Positions 10,711-24,811 of a stretch of 64,000 bases of DNA are shown here, one piece after another (position 1 is the first letter of the stretch; every line of letters starts with the position of its first letter). The DNA lies in contig NMRA01000461.1 of NCBI GenBank assembly GCA_002633005.1, positions 1 to 64,000 of the forward strand, given 5' to 3'. The stretch is from Phoronis australis (Eukaryota > Animalia > Phoronida). Under the pieces are notes generated by a model. The model worked only from the letters and a program-made list of their open reading frames with translations. It had not been told where the DNA came from and did not search any database. The position numbers were made by a program, and so were the translations under genes.

Positions 10711-12809
10711 TTCGCTTTCTCGTTTATGTGTGGACCAATGAGCTAAATTGGTGTGGACAAAAGGTACATGAGTTAGACCCAAAGGCTAACTTGTCTACAA
10801 GTATTTGACAATATCGTACGGGTATGTTGTTTTTTACGTCAAGATTGCTCAACAAAAACTCAAAAAATGGTGAATTATTACTGTGTTTACTTCAGAGTTG
10901 TATTAGCATTCAAGCGTCTAATTAACCCTTTAAAAAAACCCAGGACGAAATTCCTATTGGTCTACGGTACAGGGTAATCAATAACAAATTTATCTGTGCT
11001 CGGGATGTGGTTCCAGTTATATAAGCGAAACTGTTCGCCATTTGAAAACCCGGTATCAATCTGTCTTCAGTCTTTTACATAAATCACGTGACGCATGGCA
11101 AATAAAGAGGTAAAAATCAAATTCTCAGAATAATAATCACTAATCGGATTATAGATCCTGAGACAAATTTCCAAATAAGCACGACAGACTGGTCAATGAG
11201 GGCCTAAATAATTAAATTTAACACACGCATATTACGATAAGTGAAGGAGCGAAGATAGTGGATTTTTTACACACTGATGTATATAGCAATTCGTCAATTC
11301 TGACCTTTTTAGGTAGTATGTAACAATTCCGACTTGTTTGACCGCGAACTTGAGTTTTTCAAAATTGATGTCCAAAACATTTATAAAATCTTGCACCCGG
11401 CTGACAGGTTTCTGCGCAACCAATCTAAGACAGGTGCGGAGGTTTGTCACGGGCCTGAATTGAGTATAGTATCTCTTAATCTTTCCTTTTTGGACAGCAG
11501 AAGTGAGCGTTGTCGTTGGCAGGTTAAGCGAATGCGATGTTAGACAATGATAGACGACACCCCATTACCAGCAATATTGAAACCGTGAATTGCGCATGCG
11601 CGAAAATCACTCAGTTAGCCCCCTTCAGAATACATGGGATTCGCAGAAAACACAGCGTGAGGGTCTTATTTATGAATCAATCACATTTGCCGATAGCACA
11701 TAACATAGATGAGTATTTTGTTAAAAACGTGGCCAAGTTTCAGCAAAATTGGAAAAAATTTTATGTTTAACATGGTATGGCTAAAGTTTTGGCTTATTTT
11801 GTCGCTTCGATCAGTGGAATCGCCGCTAAAAACCCGAAAGTGCATGTGAGAAAACGATAATTTTCGACCAAGCCTTTCATGTGCGGTTAGTTGCCGATAG
11901 ACCCAACAGATGTCAGTATAATCAAGATTGAAATGTAGAATTTTGAAGAAAATTAGACAAAATTTTGTATTTAACATGGGGTCGCCGAAAATTGCCAATT
12001 TTGGCCTTTTGATATCAGTTTATCGTCATAGACTATCATTAGTGGGTCTAGTTAATTCGAAGTTTTTGGTTAAATCACTGATAATATTCACACCAGTATA
12101 CTAATAAACGTTTTCTCTATATATAACAGTTTGATTCCAATGCTTAAGTAGGGCGTACAACAAAGATTGGCCCAGCCCATAGTATGGGAGCTAAGAATTC
12201 AGCTCTAGGCCAAAGTAGCTATGCGCATAAAACTCGATCAGTCACCTGAGGTGTTTACGATCCACTTCAGAGAAAAAAAATCTCGTTGTACCTAACAATA
12301 ATTTGTTTCCGAGTACTTCGGGCATGATTTAAAATTAAAAGGGGTCATTACAAGTTGAATTTATGAGAATTGTATTGTTGCATTGCGAACTGAAAACTAG
12401 TCGATTGACGACGGGTAGTGCGAGATAAGGCAACGAGTAAGGACAGCTTTGATTTGCTTACGAGTAGTGACTCATGATATTGGCCAGACATCTGTAATGC
12501 TGTGTTTTGTCTTTCCTTTTCAACGGAATATATTTGAACTTTGGTAATTTTGGGCTACAAAATGTAGAACAACCTTCCTGGGTGCTTCTCTCCAGTAGAC
12601 ACGCCGAGAGTGAAGCGCTAACTGGTCCATAAGCGATGACCTAGTTTACGCAGAGAACCTGGCGGATGACCTAGTTTACGAATTGCTGGTAATGTATATT
12701 TTGAAGTGAGTCCATGACCCAAGACAATAACTCGTTACTTGTATAATTGCAATTCACATTGATAAACCACCGTCTCGGAGGCCCGGCGTCGTTGCGCTCA
12801 TTGTGATCA

Positions 12810-12988
12810 TCGTTCTTTTTCTAAAAGTCGGGGAATCGCGCATTTCCTTAGCACTGGGCGCTAAATCTTCATTCTTTAAAAGTCGGGGATGGGCGCTTAA
12901 CCGAGAGGTGGGCGGTTAAATCGAAAATCCACCTAAAGTAGGGGGTGGGCGGTTAACTGAGCATGGGCGTTAACCCGAACGTTTACGG
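12810..12988. mobile_element. Single end of a pogo/mariner-like element related to 1321-2785
   Basis: Same GGGTGGGCGGTTAA-CGAGCATGGGCG subterminal repeats, ending TTTACGG|TA. Confidence 0.5.
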
Positions 12989-15043
12989 TATTTTACTGTG
13001 AGTTTCCCATTCAGGTGATCTTACACTAAGCTAAAAAATAGTTGCAATAATTTTGAGATGGTTTTTTGTTTGACTGTCAACTGCTGTTCAAGGCTTCATT
13101 AAGTGTCACAAAATGATTCATATTTTTCTAAATTTTAAATCTAAATTGCTTTAAAATCATGTTTTGTAACTTGTTGTTTTCTTAATTCAAGCTATCAAGT
13201 CAACAATATTATGAAGAATCTTAATTAGAGAAATAGGCTATATTGGATTGTGAAGCTTCAAGCCTCCAATTCTTGTTACTTGCAACTTTATGTTTTTTAA
13301 ATCATGTAAGGAAACAGTATTCGCTCACCATGGTAATAGTTACGTGCATGTCCACTTTCATATCATGAAAACTTGTGCTGTTGGACAGTGTTTGTAATGC
13401 TTAAATGTTATAAATTACTGTGCATTCTAAGTTACTTATTATGGTATCAGGTTGAATCATTTTGGCTTACATAGCGTTCCTATACTGAGATTATTTCAGT
13501 TTTGACTGTTGTCTAGTAGATATAAATGTCAACTACCTTCAAAGTCTTTAAGTAGTAATACACTTTATTCACGTTAAGACAAATTACGATTAAATAAAAT
13601 TAGGGCTTATGGAAACTCTGTGAAGAAACTGAAGCCAAATTAAAGAGTTCCGACTGAAAGCACTTGATTTTGATTTGAACTATGGAATGCCTAAATGATT
13701 AAATCATAATCGTCCTCTGATTTGTTCTTTCATTTCAATGATTAAGTTACCAAAGCATGATATGATATAATTAGCTTGCCATACATAATATGTTCACTAG
13801 CATCTTCACGCTTCTTGATGCCTTGGGTTCACTATTATTTCAATAGATTAATACATCAATTTAAAAATCATCGCACAGTTGAAAACCACGTTCACTGGAA
13901 GTTTTTCATTTCATGGGTTCTTGCAATTCTGTTATTGAGATTTCCACCTTCACTCAAATTACAATTATCAATGTGGTTCAGTTGTAAGGTCACTTCTTTC
14001 GTACTCACTACTTAATAAATGAAAAATGATAACATTTTGTATTGGACTTGTCATACTTATGTGCTCGAATGAGCCCTCTATTTGGAGAAATGGAAAAAGG
14101 TTTGCCTCAGGCAGAGAAGCAAGAACTCCGAAAAAAGTAGAAAACGAGACAAAAGTCCACTAGAAGGCAGGAAGTACCAAAATTTGGCTTCTGCAATTCA
14201 TAGCTCTGAACATACCCAGTGAACCTTATAGTAAAAGGTACACATTCACAAAAAATCGAGCCCTCCAATTTTTAGGCTTGGTGTACTTATGCAAAGTCTG
14301 GGCAAATCTCACTTGAAAGCCCACAACTTTGCACAGTTCACCAGAAGACCCCAAGTTTTAAAGAAACCTCGTTTGAGCGACTACTGTGGCCAAGGACCAG
14401 GTAGGCCTAAGGGTAGTCTTGGGGCAAAGCTGTATACTAACAAGCTGTATTTTGACGATATGTCGTCATACTCAGCTACCGGTAGCTGGCACTAGAGGCT
14501 AGCTAACCTAAGGGCTGCCGCGGCAGTNNNNNNNNNNNNNNNNNNNNNNNNNNNNNNNNNNNNNNNNNNNNNNNNNNNNNNNNNNNNNNNNNNNNNNNNN
14601 NNNNNNNNNNNNNNNNNNNNNNNNNNNNNNNNNNNNNNNNNNNNNNNNNNNNNNNNNNNNNNNNNNNNNNNNGAATACGACTGAGTGTTATAGAGACACA
14701 GGGGATTTTCATTACGGATTGTCATTGTCGGATAGTGGATGGTCACGTGGTCTCATGGCATGAACAATTTCTGTCTTGCGTTATAAATTTCCTGTCCTGA
14801 CGCGTTAAATTTTGGTCCCGACTTGACAAATCATAGGCCCTGGCGTGATAAATTTCAGTTTTGAGGCAGTTGTTTGGTCCTCCAGAGATTTTAATTCCGG
14901 ATTAGAAAAATAAGTTTCGTGGCTGTTTTCCCTTTTGGTTTTCCATAGTTCACAATACAAACCGTCCCGCTCCTTTCAGCTACACACGAGTGCGGGTCTC
15001 AGTAGTCTCCAAAACCTGGCGGAGTGCGTACCTAAGTCTTAGG

Positions 15044-15220
15044 ATGTCAAGAACTGTCACAGTTTGGTGGATTCGGCTAACATTTGTGCTGTTGGGTCTT
15101 GTTGTCGTCATCGTCAGCCTACCTCATGGGCGTTCCAAAAGCAATAGAGAAACGGATATTGAACTTTTTGAAAGATTGAACAAGGCCCTGGAGGGTTTGG
15201 GTCATATGAAGCCGCAGGAG
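15044..15220 (+). CDS. Astacin exon 1: signal peptide and start of prodomain
   Basis: [29 protein letters not shown] hydrophobic leader; donor GAG|GTATGT; 177 nt. Confidence 0.75.
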
Positions 15221-18200
15221 GTATGTGCAGTAGCGCATTAATTCATTTCCAACTGAATCAGAATCAAAAATGTCTATTGTATGTAGGCTTTGGCCTCGTG
15301 ATACAATTTAATTTAATTACAACTTTACAATGATAACATTTCAGCTCTTAACAGTTGCTCTTGAAATATATGGCGCCAGTATTTTTTGTTTGAACAAAAA
15401 TTATGTCTTTGAAATAACCTAACTTCTCTGGCTTCATCTGTCATATTCACCATTCTGTGTACTGTGCATGTACATAACCAAAGACTACGCAATGGCACGT
15501 CAAATGAATCTCGTTTTCAATTTGACTAGTGTTGCATATTGCACACAGTCTCTCAACCTCGGTTAGACCTCCGTGCCAGCCAGAGCCTGTTAATGTAAAC
15601 TTGTGCATTGAGCACCCAAAACGAGCTACATTGTAGTATTTTTCTTCAGTAGGGTCTAATAAGTATAAGTATTTTGTCACTGTAGTTCCTTTTTGATAGT
15701 ACAATATAATTGATACTTAGTCTAATTACTAATTACAGAGTGACAAGTTTGTACTCTCCATTCCACTAAATGTGAACAATGCCCAAACTATACTAATAAT
15801 TGAAGCTACATCATAAAAAACTCAAGATTAACCAACGCATAACTTTCAAAATGGGTTTCTTTTACGCGGTGTTGTTACCGTGACGACACAGACACGCTAA
15901 ATATAAAAGAGTACTACTACTGAATTGTGTCAGTTACTGGGCTACTGGCCGACATAGACTCGAATCGGACAATGCGATCGAGATCACCTCATTGGATGAG
16001 AATACGCGATCAGTGATGAAATAACTGCGTTATTGGAAGTGCAAGATGAAGAACTGGGACCCGTTCTAACAAAACTGACTTAGCTAAGACAAATCTTAGT
16101 ATTAAAACCGTTTCAAGAAAGAGTTCTTAAGTTTGACTTAAGTTTTTGACATAAGTTTTGTATTAATTTTGACTAACTTACTTAATGTTTCAAAGTTCTG
16201 AATTAAGACAAATCTGAAATTTGAGTCAAAAATGAACATAAGTCAGTTTATTGGAACAGGTCCCTGTACTGTACATGTACAGTATTTGACAAGTGTTAGT
16301 ATATTTTGGATGAACTGTCGAGGGTTGGATTATAAATTAAAAAGACAATGTCTTCAGTCATACCACATCATTTAAAATATTCTATTTATTGTCTTCAAGG
16401 CACGCTTTACCAATGATGCGTAATATATAGTGAAGTCACAATTAGGCCTAGGTTGCTACTTAAGTCATGAAACACGGAACTCCAGTGGCGTCCATGTTCT
16501 ATTAATAACAATTTTGAATACGACGTCAAAGGTCTTCTTACAAATATAAGAGGATTTGTGGGGGATAAAATTTCGCATTGAAAATGTGTATAAAAACTTT
16601 AGTATTACTTTATGTGAAACTAATGAAGACAAACCGACTTTTAAAAGGTAGGCCTACTATAGAAACCTTTACATGGTTCAATCAAGAGTTTGATGTTCTC
16701 TGTGGTGACTATGTAGTCCAGAATTGCGATGCTTAGTTTTCCAATTATGTGCATAATAATGCAAAATCGAATTTAAGATTTCGATCTGAAGAATTCATTT
16801 AACCTAGTCGATGCATGGAGAGTAATACTAGAATCAAAGTTTACAGTGGTTTAAAAACCTCAAAATGGCTAGATTGTATTATTCCCTTGTAAACGGAGAT
16901 CTGAGCACTATACTAGGTAAATAAATGTAACGTAAAAACGGGGTATAAAACGAATCACTGAAACATCTTTCTTACTTTAAAAGGGTAGTGGTTTTGGCAC
17001 TTTAATAACTCTGTTAGGAGACGACCAGGTCATAGCTGGAGGTAATACAGTGATTGGGTATATTGTTTGTAAATTCCCTTACAATAAGTACCGCTTTCTT
17101 ATGTGAGGTACTTACAGGTGATGAGTGTGTGTTTGCTTACGACCACGTTGTGTCATATTATATAACAGCAATGACGTCACATCTTATGGTGTGAAAAGTT
17201 AGCAAATTAAAACAAAACCGTCCCAAAAAGAATTAATTTAAAGATTTAACCTTTTCAAGTTTTGTTTCATAAGAGAAAATATGAATTTGGGAGAAATCGC
17301 TGCAGGATTGCAATACTTAATTCAAACAACGCAGAGAAAATATGTAAAAGGTTTGATTCTCCGCTCCATTTGTAAATTGAAAGGGAAAGTAAAAAACTAC
17401 GAAGTATCTTTCTCCAATCTAGCAAAGTATTTTGATGAAACAACAATTACTAGAATAATTAAGTCTTCGGTTAAAATTCTGAGGAACCGAAACGAAATAC
17501 AAAACATCTATCAGTATTTATATTCTTTTAAACATCATCTACATGGAAGTTTAAAATTTTGAAAATTGAAAATGTTAAAAAGATCGGTGATGTGGATAGA
17601 ACAAGACTAGATTATGATATTCGTTTATAAGAAATGGATCCAGCGCTAAAAGGGTTAACCGTTGAATTTTATAAATTCCTTTGGAGCGAGTTACTTTATA
17701 TTTTTTTATTTAGATTATTAAAATATAGTTTTAAAAAACATCTCCTCATTCACAGGTACAGCATGTAATTAAATTTTTACCAAGGGCCAAAAGCCCCGAA
17801 ATTTTGAAAAAAATGGTGCCATATTTCTGTGCTAAGTATAAACTAACACGTTCTATCCTAAAGTTTAGCGTATCAACTAAAATCCCATTATGCGCTAAAC
17901 CCGAGAGATATGCTTAAAGTGGCATAGCACGTGAAAAACAGACTAAATTCCATTATCCAAAGTGGTTCTTTGCCACTCAAACAGAATATAAAGTCTATGA
18001 ATGTTTCCGGTCGGTTCGTAAAGATTTTGAATTTTTGTTAATCTGAAAGCATTTTCCCTTTAGCCTCAAATTTCAAAAAAAAAAACGATTTGTCAAGTGC
18101 TCGACACTTTGTCGACTTTTCTCCTACACGGCAAACCTACTTTCCTTATTTAGTATGACAAGACATAAACGTAACACCTTTCTCTCATTATGTTGTGGAA

Positions 18201-21200
18201 GAATGTGATTTTTGACCTTTGATGTAAACAAGGACGAGATCAAGCCGCGGCCAGTCCGACTTCTTTGAGCACATATATTACTAGGGTCGGAAACCTTGAA
18301 AAATTCACTGGCATGAAAAGTATTCGTTTCATCTATATTTCAAAAATAGTGGATCTGACTTTTCTCTAAAAATTCTTGCAATATTCAAAGTGAATATCAC
18401 TTACGTTAGCATCCCCAAGAAGTAGATTCGCCACAATCTGTTTGAAATGTATTTTTACAAGTTTTCGCGGTCCATGCCTCTTTAAAAGTTGTAGTGGAGT
18501 TAAAGACATACTTTTTGGAAGTCGGGAATTTAAAATAAAAACTCAGCATCACTTAAAAATTGTTGCGTCTTTTGGACCAATTCGCAAACTTCTCTTGTCT
18601 CAAATTCCTATAAAGATAAGAATTTATGAGGATCGGTTACATGAAATAGAGAACGTCAACCCCTGAGTGTTCAAAAACATTAAAATGATCGATCCAAACC
18701 TAACTTTTCAACATTAGGAATTAATGCCAATATAGATTGATATAAAATTATTGATTTAAATTTTTAGCTAAAATACATGTATGAGTTGTGAAAGAAAATC
18801 CTGCTGCCACGACTCGCCCTCAGTCTCACTACCCCAGTGTCGTACTTATCAAGAAATTACAAAAACGTTTCTTTGGATTTATATGGAGTCACATAAAAGA
18901 TAAAATTGCCAGAAATAAAATAATTAAATAATAATTAAATAATTAAACGCGAAACCCATGGTTTAAACATACATGACTGATATCCTGTCGCTTATAAAAA
19001 TTCGAAAAAATCGTTTAATGAACATAATGATTTGGCAAGGAAAGAAATTCTCCAAAATTCAACAAAAATCTTCTGGACATCTAGAAAAAAACTATTTTTG
19101 AAGGAGATCGTGCTTTTAAACTAAGCACAAACATAAAAACGCAAGGGAGGTAATGAACAGGTACTCAAGTATAGTACAAATCCGGAAATGACGACCGATG
19201 ATCAGACAAGATCAGAAGATGCTTCCAGATACACTTCTGTAGAGTAAGCTCGATTTCGTACCTGGAAGTCCATATTAAATGTACATTAATGAAAGGACTC
19301 ATCAAACCCTCACGTTGATTTTAAATACGATAGGAAGACACGAATCTAAGGAAACAGAACCAGTGTGCGGTACACACCTGTAAGTTGCTCATTTAGGAGA
19401 GGTTTTTTGCATGATCGATGAGAATTAAAATTGACAATTTTTAACCGGAATGTGTCGATTTCAACATAGCAAATACTGTTATTGTCTGCAATTTCTTGTC
19501 GATTTTTTCGGCCATTTTGGTGCAAAAATGATCTTGAATGGGCACGCCCAGCAAGTGCATGGAAAACCGTAGGTACTGAGAAGGAACTCACCGTGGAGAC
19601 AGTGTAACGTTGCTCACGAGAATGAGGACAAAGGTCAAAGCGATAAATTTAGCTCATTGACCAAGACATTCGTCCATGAGACATGCGAATTGGTATTAAG
19701 CAATAATTTGTCTGGCCTCTCGTCGTAGTCTTTCACGACTGGGGTTGTCTTTTCATGACGCAAGTGCGTACCGCCAGCTGGCCTTGTTTCGTTAGCTTTG
19801 TGGGCTTCCCACCGTGTGATACATTTATACCCTCTGCTTAATAATATACACCTCTTTCATGGGCAGCGAACCACGGCGTGGGAGCTGGGGGATTATAGTC
19901 CTCCACTTATTTCAGTGTTGCGCCGCCCATGCGGTCACGAAAAATAGCGAGTGTTTTAATTCGTTTGCCTGTTATGTCCCTCGGAATTTTGCTTCCTGCG
20001 TCTGAATATAGCAGAAAATTATAGACACTATGAGCAAATCTGTGTTAAGCTTTCAATCATAAAGTCCAGAAGTGTTTTCAACAAAGTTTGTGTTAACGGA
20101 GGGATGCCACCGAACTATACTGAAAACACTGTGAGACATTCATTCGAAAATTCGCAAATGTTATAATGTTCTAACACGTAAATTCCTATTACAGAGGGAC
20201 TTGGCAGCTGTGACCGGCCATCGAGAACACGAAAGTGACATATTCATTGACCACGAACAGGCGCTTCATATTTCGGTTGGCATCACTGGTTTGGTATATG
20301 GCATAATACGACAAAATGACACTGACCATCAAATACGGAGTATATCTCGTAATGTTAAAAGATAATAAGTCCTCTGTGACTAACTTAAAATCTTCGTGAA
20401 TCCAAAAACAAAGTTGGTTCTGATATCATCGCAGTAGCGTTTTGAGACTTGCGTCTCGTTATTTAAAGAAACAAAATCACCTCAATTCTCCCATGCAAGT
20501 AAGCTTTCAAGCGGTCGCTGGCCGTCGATGGCAAGGTATGCGCGCTCTTAAGTCGCGTGCATAAGTTGGCCATTTTAGGTTTACTAACTGCTTAATGGCA
20601 CCCGGAATTTTAAGCAGTGCATGGGTTTCCAGACCTGGGCATGTGTTTCTGCGTTTTCCAGTAACCATGCAAGATGCAGTTCCGCCTCGTTCTGAAAATT
20701 GCGAAATCATTCCGGCACGTGACCTATTTGAAAAAAGGACAACTTTTACAGCAAACTGCGAAACGATCAAATAAGTTTGTTCGTTCTCTTTGTTGCCCAA
20801 CATACGGTTGCTATTCTTTTGAAATAACAACGACTTTAATAACCTGCGAACATAACATGTTCATTGTCAATCAGAATGTGAAATGCATGATAGTAGAACA
20901 AAATGAACAAACTACAAATTTACAACAAAGAATGTTTCAATGACATGTACTTATCGACTGGTACTTAAACTAGACAGTGATTTTTTTCAAATTCTGCCAT
21001 TTTGCAGAAGTATGGGCCTACAGGCGTGACGAACACGGACGAGAAGGGTCTGGACCCCAATGCCTACCTAGGTGACATCCTGCTTACGGATGCAGAAAAG
21101 GAGATAATTCGTGTAAGCATTCCTTACGCACTTTATGCAACCGCAAGAGACTCTTGCAGGCCCACCTAAATTGACCACAGCCGTTGCAAAGTTAACAGCC

Positions 21201-21904
21201 AGTTGCATTCTATACTGGAATTGCTGGCACCCCTAAATTTTAGTTTAAGCATTCTGTGACTCTCCGTCTCTACCTATCCGCCTCTCTCTCCTCCGTCCCT
21301 TCCCCCTTCCCCTCCCCCTCCCCCTGCAGGTTCCGCCCTAGCGACACCGGAGAATATTCAGGTTTTGATGACGACACCGTCCTCGAGCGAAGGTGGACGG
21401 CAAATGTTCGCGTTTTTATACGACAGTATGCTCTTATTAGCTTGCATAAACTATTGGAAGTCGTTAGCGCTCGATTTTGCTGGCATCATCTGTACGTGAA
21501 CATTCTGTAGCCACAACTTGCACCTTCTCAGTCATCGCCAATCTCCCACACTACCCCACCATAGGTGTGGAAGTTTTCTATTTGGAGGCAAGCCACGGCG
21601 AGGCAGCCACTGGGAACGGCTATCTATGCTCCAACAAAATTTTGCTCGCTCTCCAGATCCGTATAGCCGTGTAATCCGCAATAGAGTCATCGTCTGTTGG
21701 CTAAGTTTGTTTACACGATTAGCGGCTTGTGTAGTTGCTACAAAATTCAGATGATCACGTACAGCGACACCTGGCAACTAAAAAGTGATTTTCCAAGGCT
21801 CGCCAGGTAACATCGCCTCAACAGAAATCCTCCGGAAATCGGTAGACAGAAGTAACAGTAATGGTTAACGTAAAATGGATATATATATATATGTGTGTTT
21901 ATGT

Positions 21905-21986
<82 letters not shown>

Positions 21987-24713
21987 ATAAGTATATATGT
22001 AGCCAGTGTATGAGTATTTGTACCGGAAAAGACGCTTGTCCAAAACTGTACAGTTATGTAAAGTACAACACCAAATTGCGCCAAGACCACAGGTTCATAA
22101 GTTACCACAGTCCGTGTCATTCTAAAACTGCCACATTGGTTAATTTTTCTTGATTCATTTCAGCAAATCGCTAAACGAAGGGTTGTCGACAGCGCGTATT
22201 TGTGGCCAAATGGCGTGATACCGTGGACGTTCGACGCCAGCCGCTCGTTTGAGCACCAAGCCTCACGTGACAAAATTTGGGACGCTATTTATCACTGGCA
22301 GAATTTGACTTGCCTACGATTCCCGTACGGGAACACCTACTCAAGTTATCTGAATATTGGCACAGGATCGGGGTACGAAATTTTTATAAAACTAAACCAC
22401 CCATTAGTGTGGCAGTCGGTGTACACAGATGATTTCATGCAAAATTGGATTCTACCGGTAGCACTTTTCGGAGCTCACTCCGTCGTCAAGGGGACACTTA
22501 CAGTGTTTTCGCCGTGACTGATCTCAAATTTACCGCTGTTACTGCTTGAGTACCTAATGTAATATTTAGGTCAGTGACATATTTAAGTACTCCCACTGGA
22601 GAGGCACGTGCGTCTAATTCGGGAGAGAAAAAGGTGACCTAGGTTCAATTTTCAGAAGTTGAGACCAGCCTAATCTATTGGAGAAAAATTCATACAAGAA
22701 TGTGGATAATTTTGACGATCTTAGTTCGTCCGACTGGTCTTCAAATTGAAAATTTCAAATCTGTAGTCTTCTTTTGATACCGTGAAATGTTAATTGTATC
22801 ATTTATATTTAGATGCAGTTCGTACGTAGGTCACCACTCTGGTCCCCAGCCTATCAACTTACTGGAATATGAAAATGGACTAAGCTGCTTATGGGTTAGT
22901 ACACGGCTGCATTCCATAGACCGCATTTCGTTAGTTTGCACTTGCATCAATTCAATCCCAGAATTCAACAATCTATCCTCACCGACCAATTACTTCCTTG
23001 GCCTCCATTTCACTATGATAGTCTGCTTGTACATTGCCAAGCATACTGGTTAACACTCGCCTATTATTCACGTGATTGTGCGAGATTGAGCGAGGTCATT
23101 TTTTCCCAAAAAATGCTGTCTTCTAAAGCTCTTCTGTTTTTGACTTTTCCCTCGCTTAAAATTCGAGTTCCACTTTCTTCGCACTTACGCATGCTGAAAG
23201 GCATATGTGAATGCGTCAATGAATGCATTTCGCCATGTTTAGATGATTAAAAGCGAAAATCGAACTCGCCTTTCCATTTCACTTCATTTTTTTATCATGA
23301 AAACCCGTTATTTTTGTTACCAAAAAAAAAAAACAAAAAAAAAAACGTCAAAACCACCAGCGATTCAAGAACACCCCTGCTGAAACAGTTAAAGACCAAG
23401 GTTGTTCACATTTGATAAAAGCATAAAAATGTTGTGTTAGTCAAATTCGATGTGCCTGTCGAAATTAAAAGACCATCATAGTAAATAGTTACTATCTTGG
23501 ATTTTGAAAAGTGGTGATTCAGCAATTTTTATATCGCATATTTTATGTATTTATCATACAAAATCATAAATTTTAACGTAAAACCGTACATAATGAGCCA
23601 CAGGAAGCTCGTGTAAATTTTTCCAACGAAGAAAAGTGACTGCATTCATATTGCATTTTAAACTGGCCGCCAAAGGATCATTTTACGTGTAAGTATATAT
23701 GTACTGGTTGCTCATCTCATAGAAAGGTGACATTTTTGTCGAAACTTTCATGAGGCTGGTGATTTAAACAGAAGAAGCAATTATTACTTTTCAAACCCTG
23801 CCAAATATCAGTCATATTGGATTTTAAAACGGCTTTCATATTGACTAAGTCAAAGTTTGAATTTTGGTTCAAAATTTTCACTTCGGGATAGAGTAATGGA
23901 AGTAAGTTCACATGCCAGTTTGAAACGCCGTGAACATCGGCACAAATTGTCACCCCCAAAGTGTTGGAAGATAGCCAGGTTCTTTACAAAGGTAGTTTGA
24001 TAGATGTTCGGATCCCAAGTATGAGAGAGGCCCATGAAATTATAAAAAAATGCAAAACCAGGATGTATCAAGTTGAAAGAGGGAAAGATTCAGGATGGTT
24101 GGTTACGATAACCACGTCTTACACCAGCCTTATTTGAAGCATCGTTGACTTTGCAAACAATAACATTTGTGATACTAAGACCATACTTCACTCCTCTCAT
24201 CTCTCGGCAGCCCCACATCTCGGACTCCGGATCGTAATTCATACACCCTGGAACATCTCATCGACGGAGGAGTACTTCGTCAAGGTTAAGATTTTTTACC
24301 TTTGCTTACACCCATATGCAGTACCGCGTAGGTCTACATGCACTCAACCGCTCAATTTTGCTGAATGTGAACGCTTTTAGGGGGCGATAAATGTGTCATC
24401 CAATGGCAGCATATATTCTCCCTCTCTACACATAATGTTGCACCTTGACGACGAAAACATGTGCCGGGTTCTATAATGTATGCAGTGAACGCCCACCATT
24501 GTCGTTCGGTTGACAATTTGTTAACTGTACAAATGCCACACTCGGCACCTGTTGTCGCCTGGGAGACAGACAATATGTGTCACAACCCATGCCGAGAAAA
24601 TTCAACATCTGTTCTGTGAGTTGCTTAACATTAACAAAGACATACATGTATCTGACCAACGGTACTGTGACATAACGTCTCCTTTTCATGTTTTGATAAA
24701 ATACCCTCTAAGG

Positions 24714-24769
<56 letters not shown>

Positions 24770-24774
24770 TATAT

Positions 24775-24811
<37 letters not shown>

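Noticed and set aside
19858-19931. 74-bp CATGGGC...GCCCATG mini inverted repeat
   Set aside because: Probably a hAT-like MITE remnant, but there is no TSD and it is too short to support a call.
21750-21807. Exon-like segment cag|ATG...CAG|GTAACA in the astacin prodomain region
   Set aside because: Its phases do not fit the flanking exons without a frameshift or stop.
21747-22153. HT-repeat and CV-repeat ORFs (also YI repeats at 24552-24828)
   Set aside because: Microsatellite translations.
24211-24283. Exon-like segment with good acceptor and AAG|GTTAAG donor between catalytic exons
   Set aside because: In-frame TAA and 73-nt length; the astacin domain is complete without it, so it is at most a pseudo-exon.
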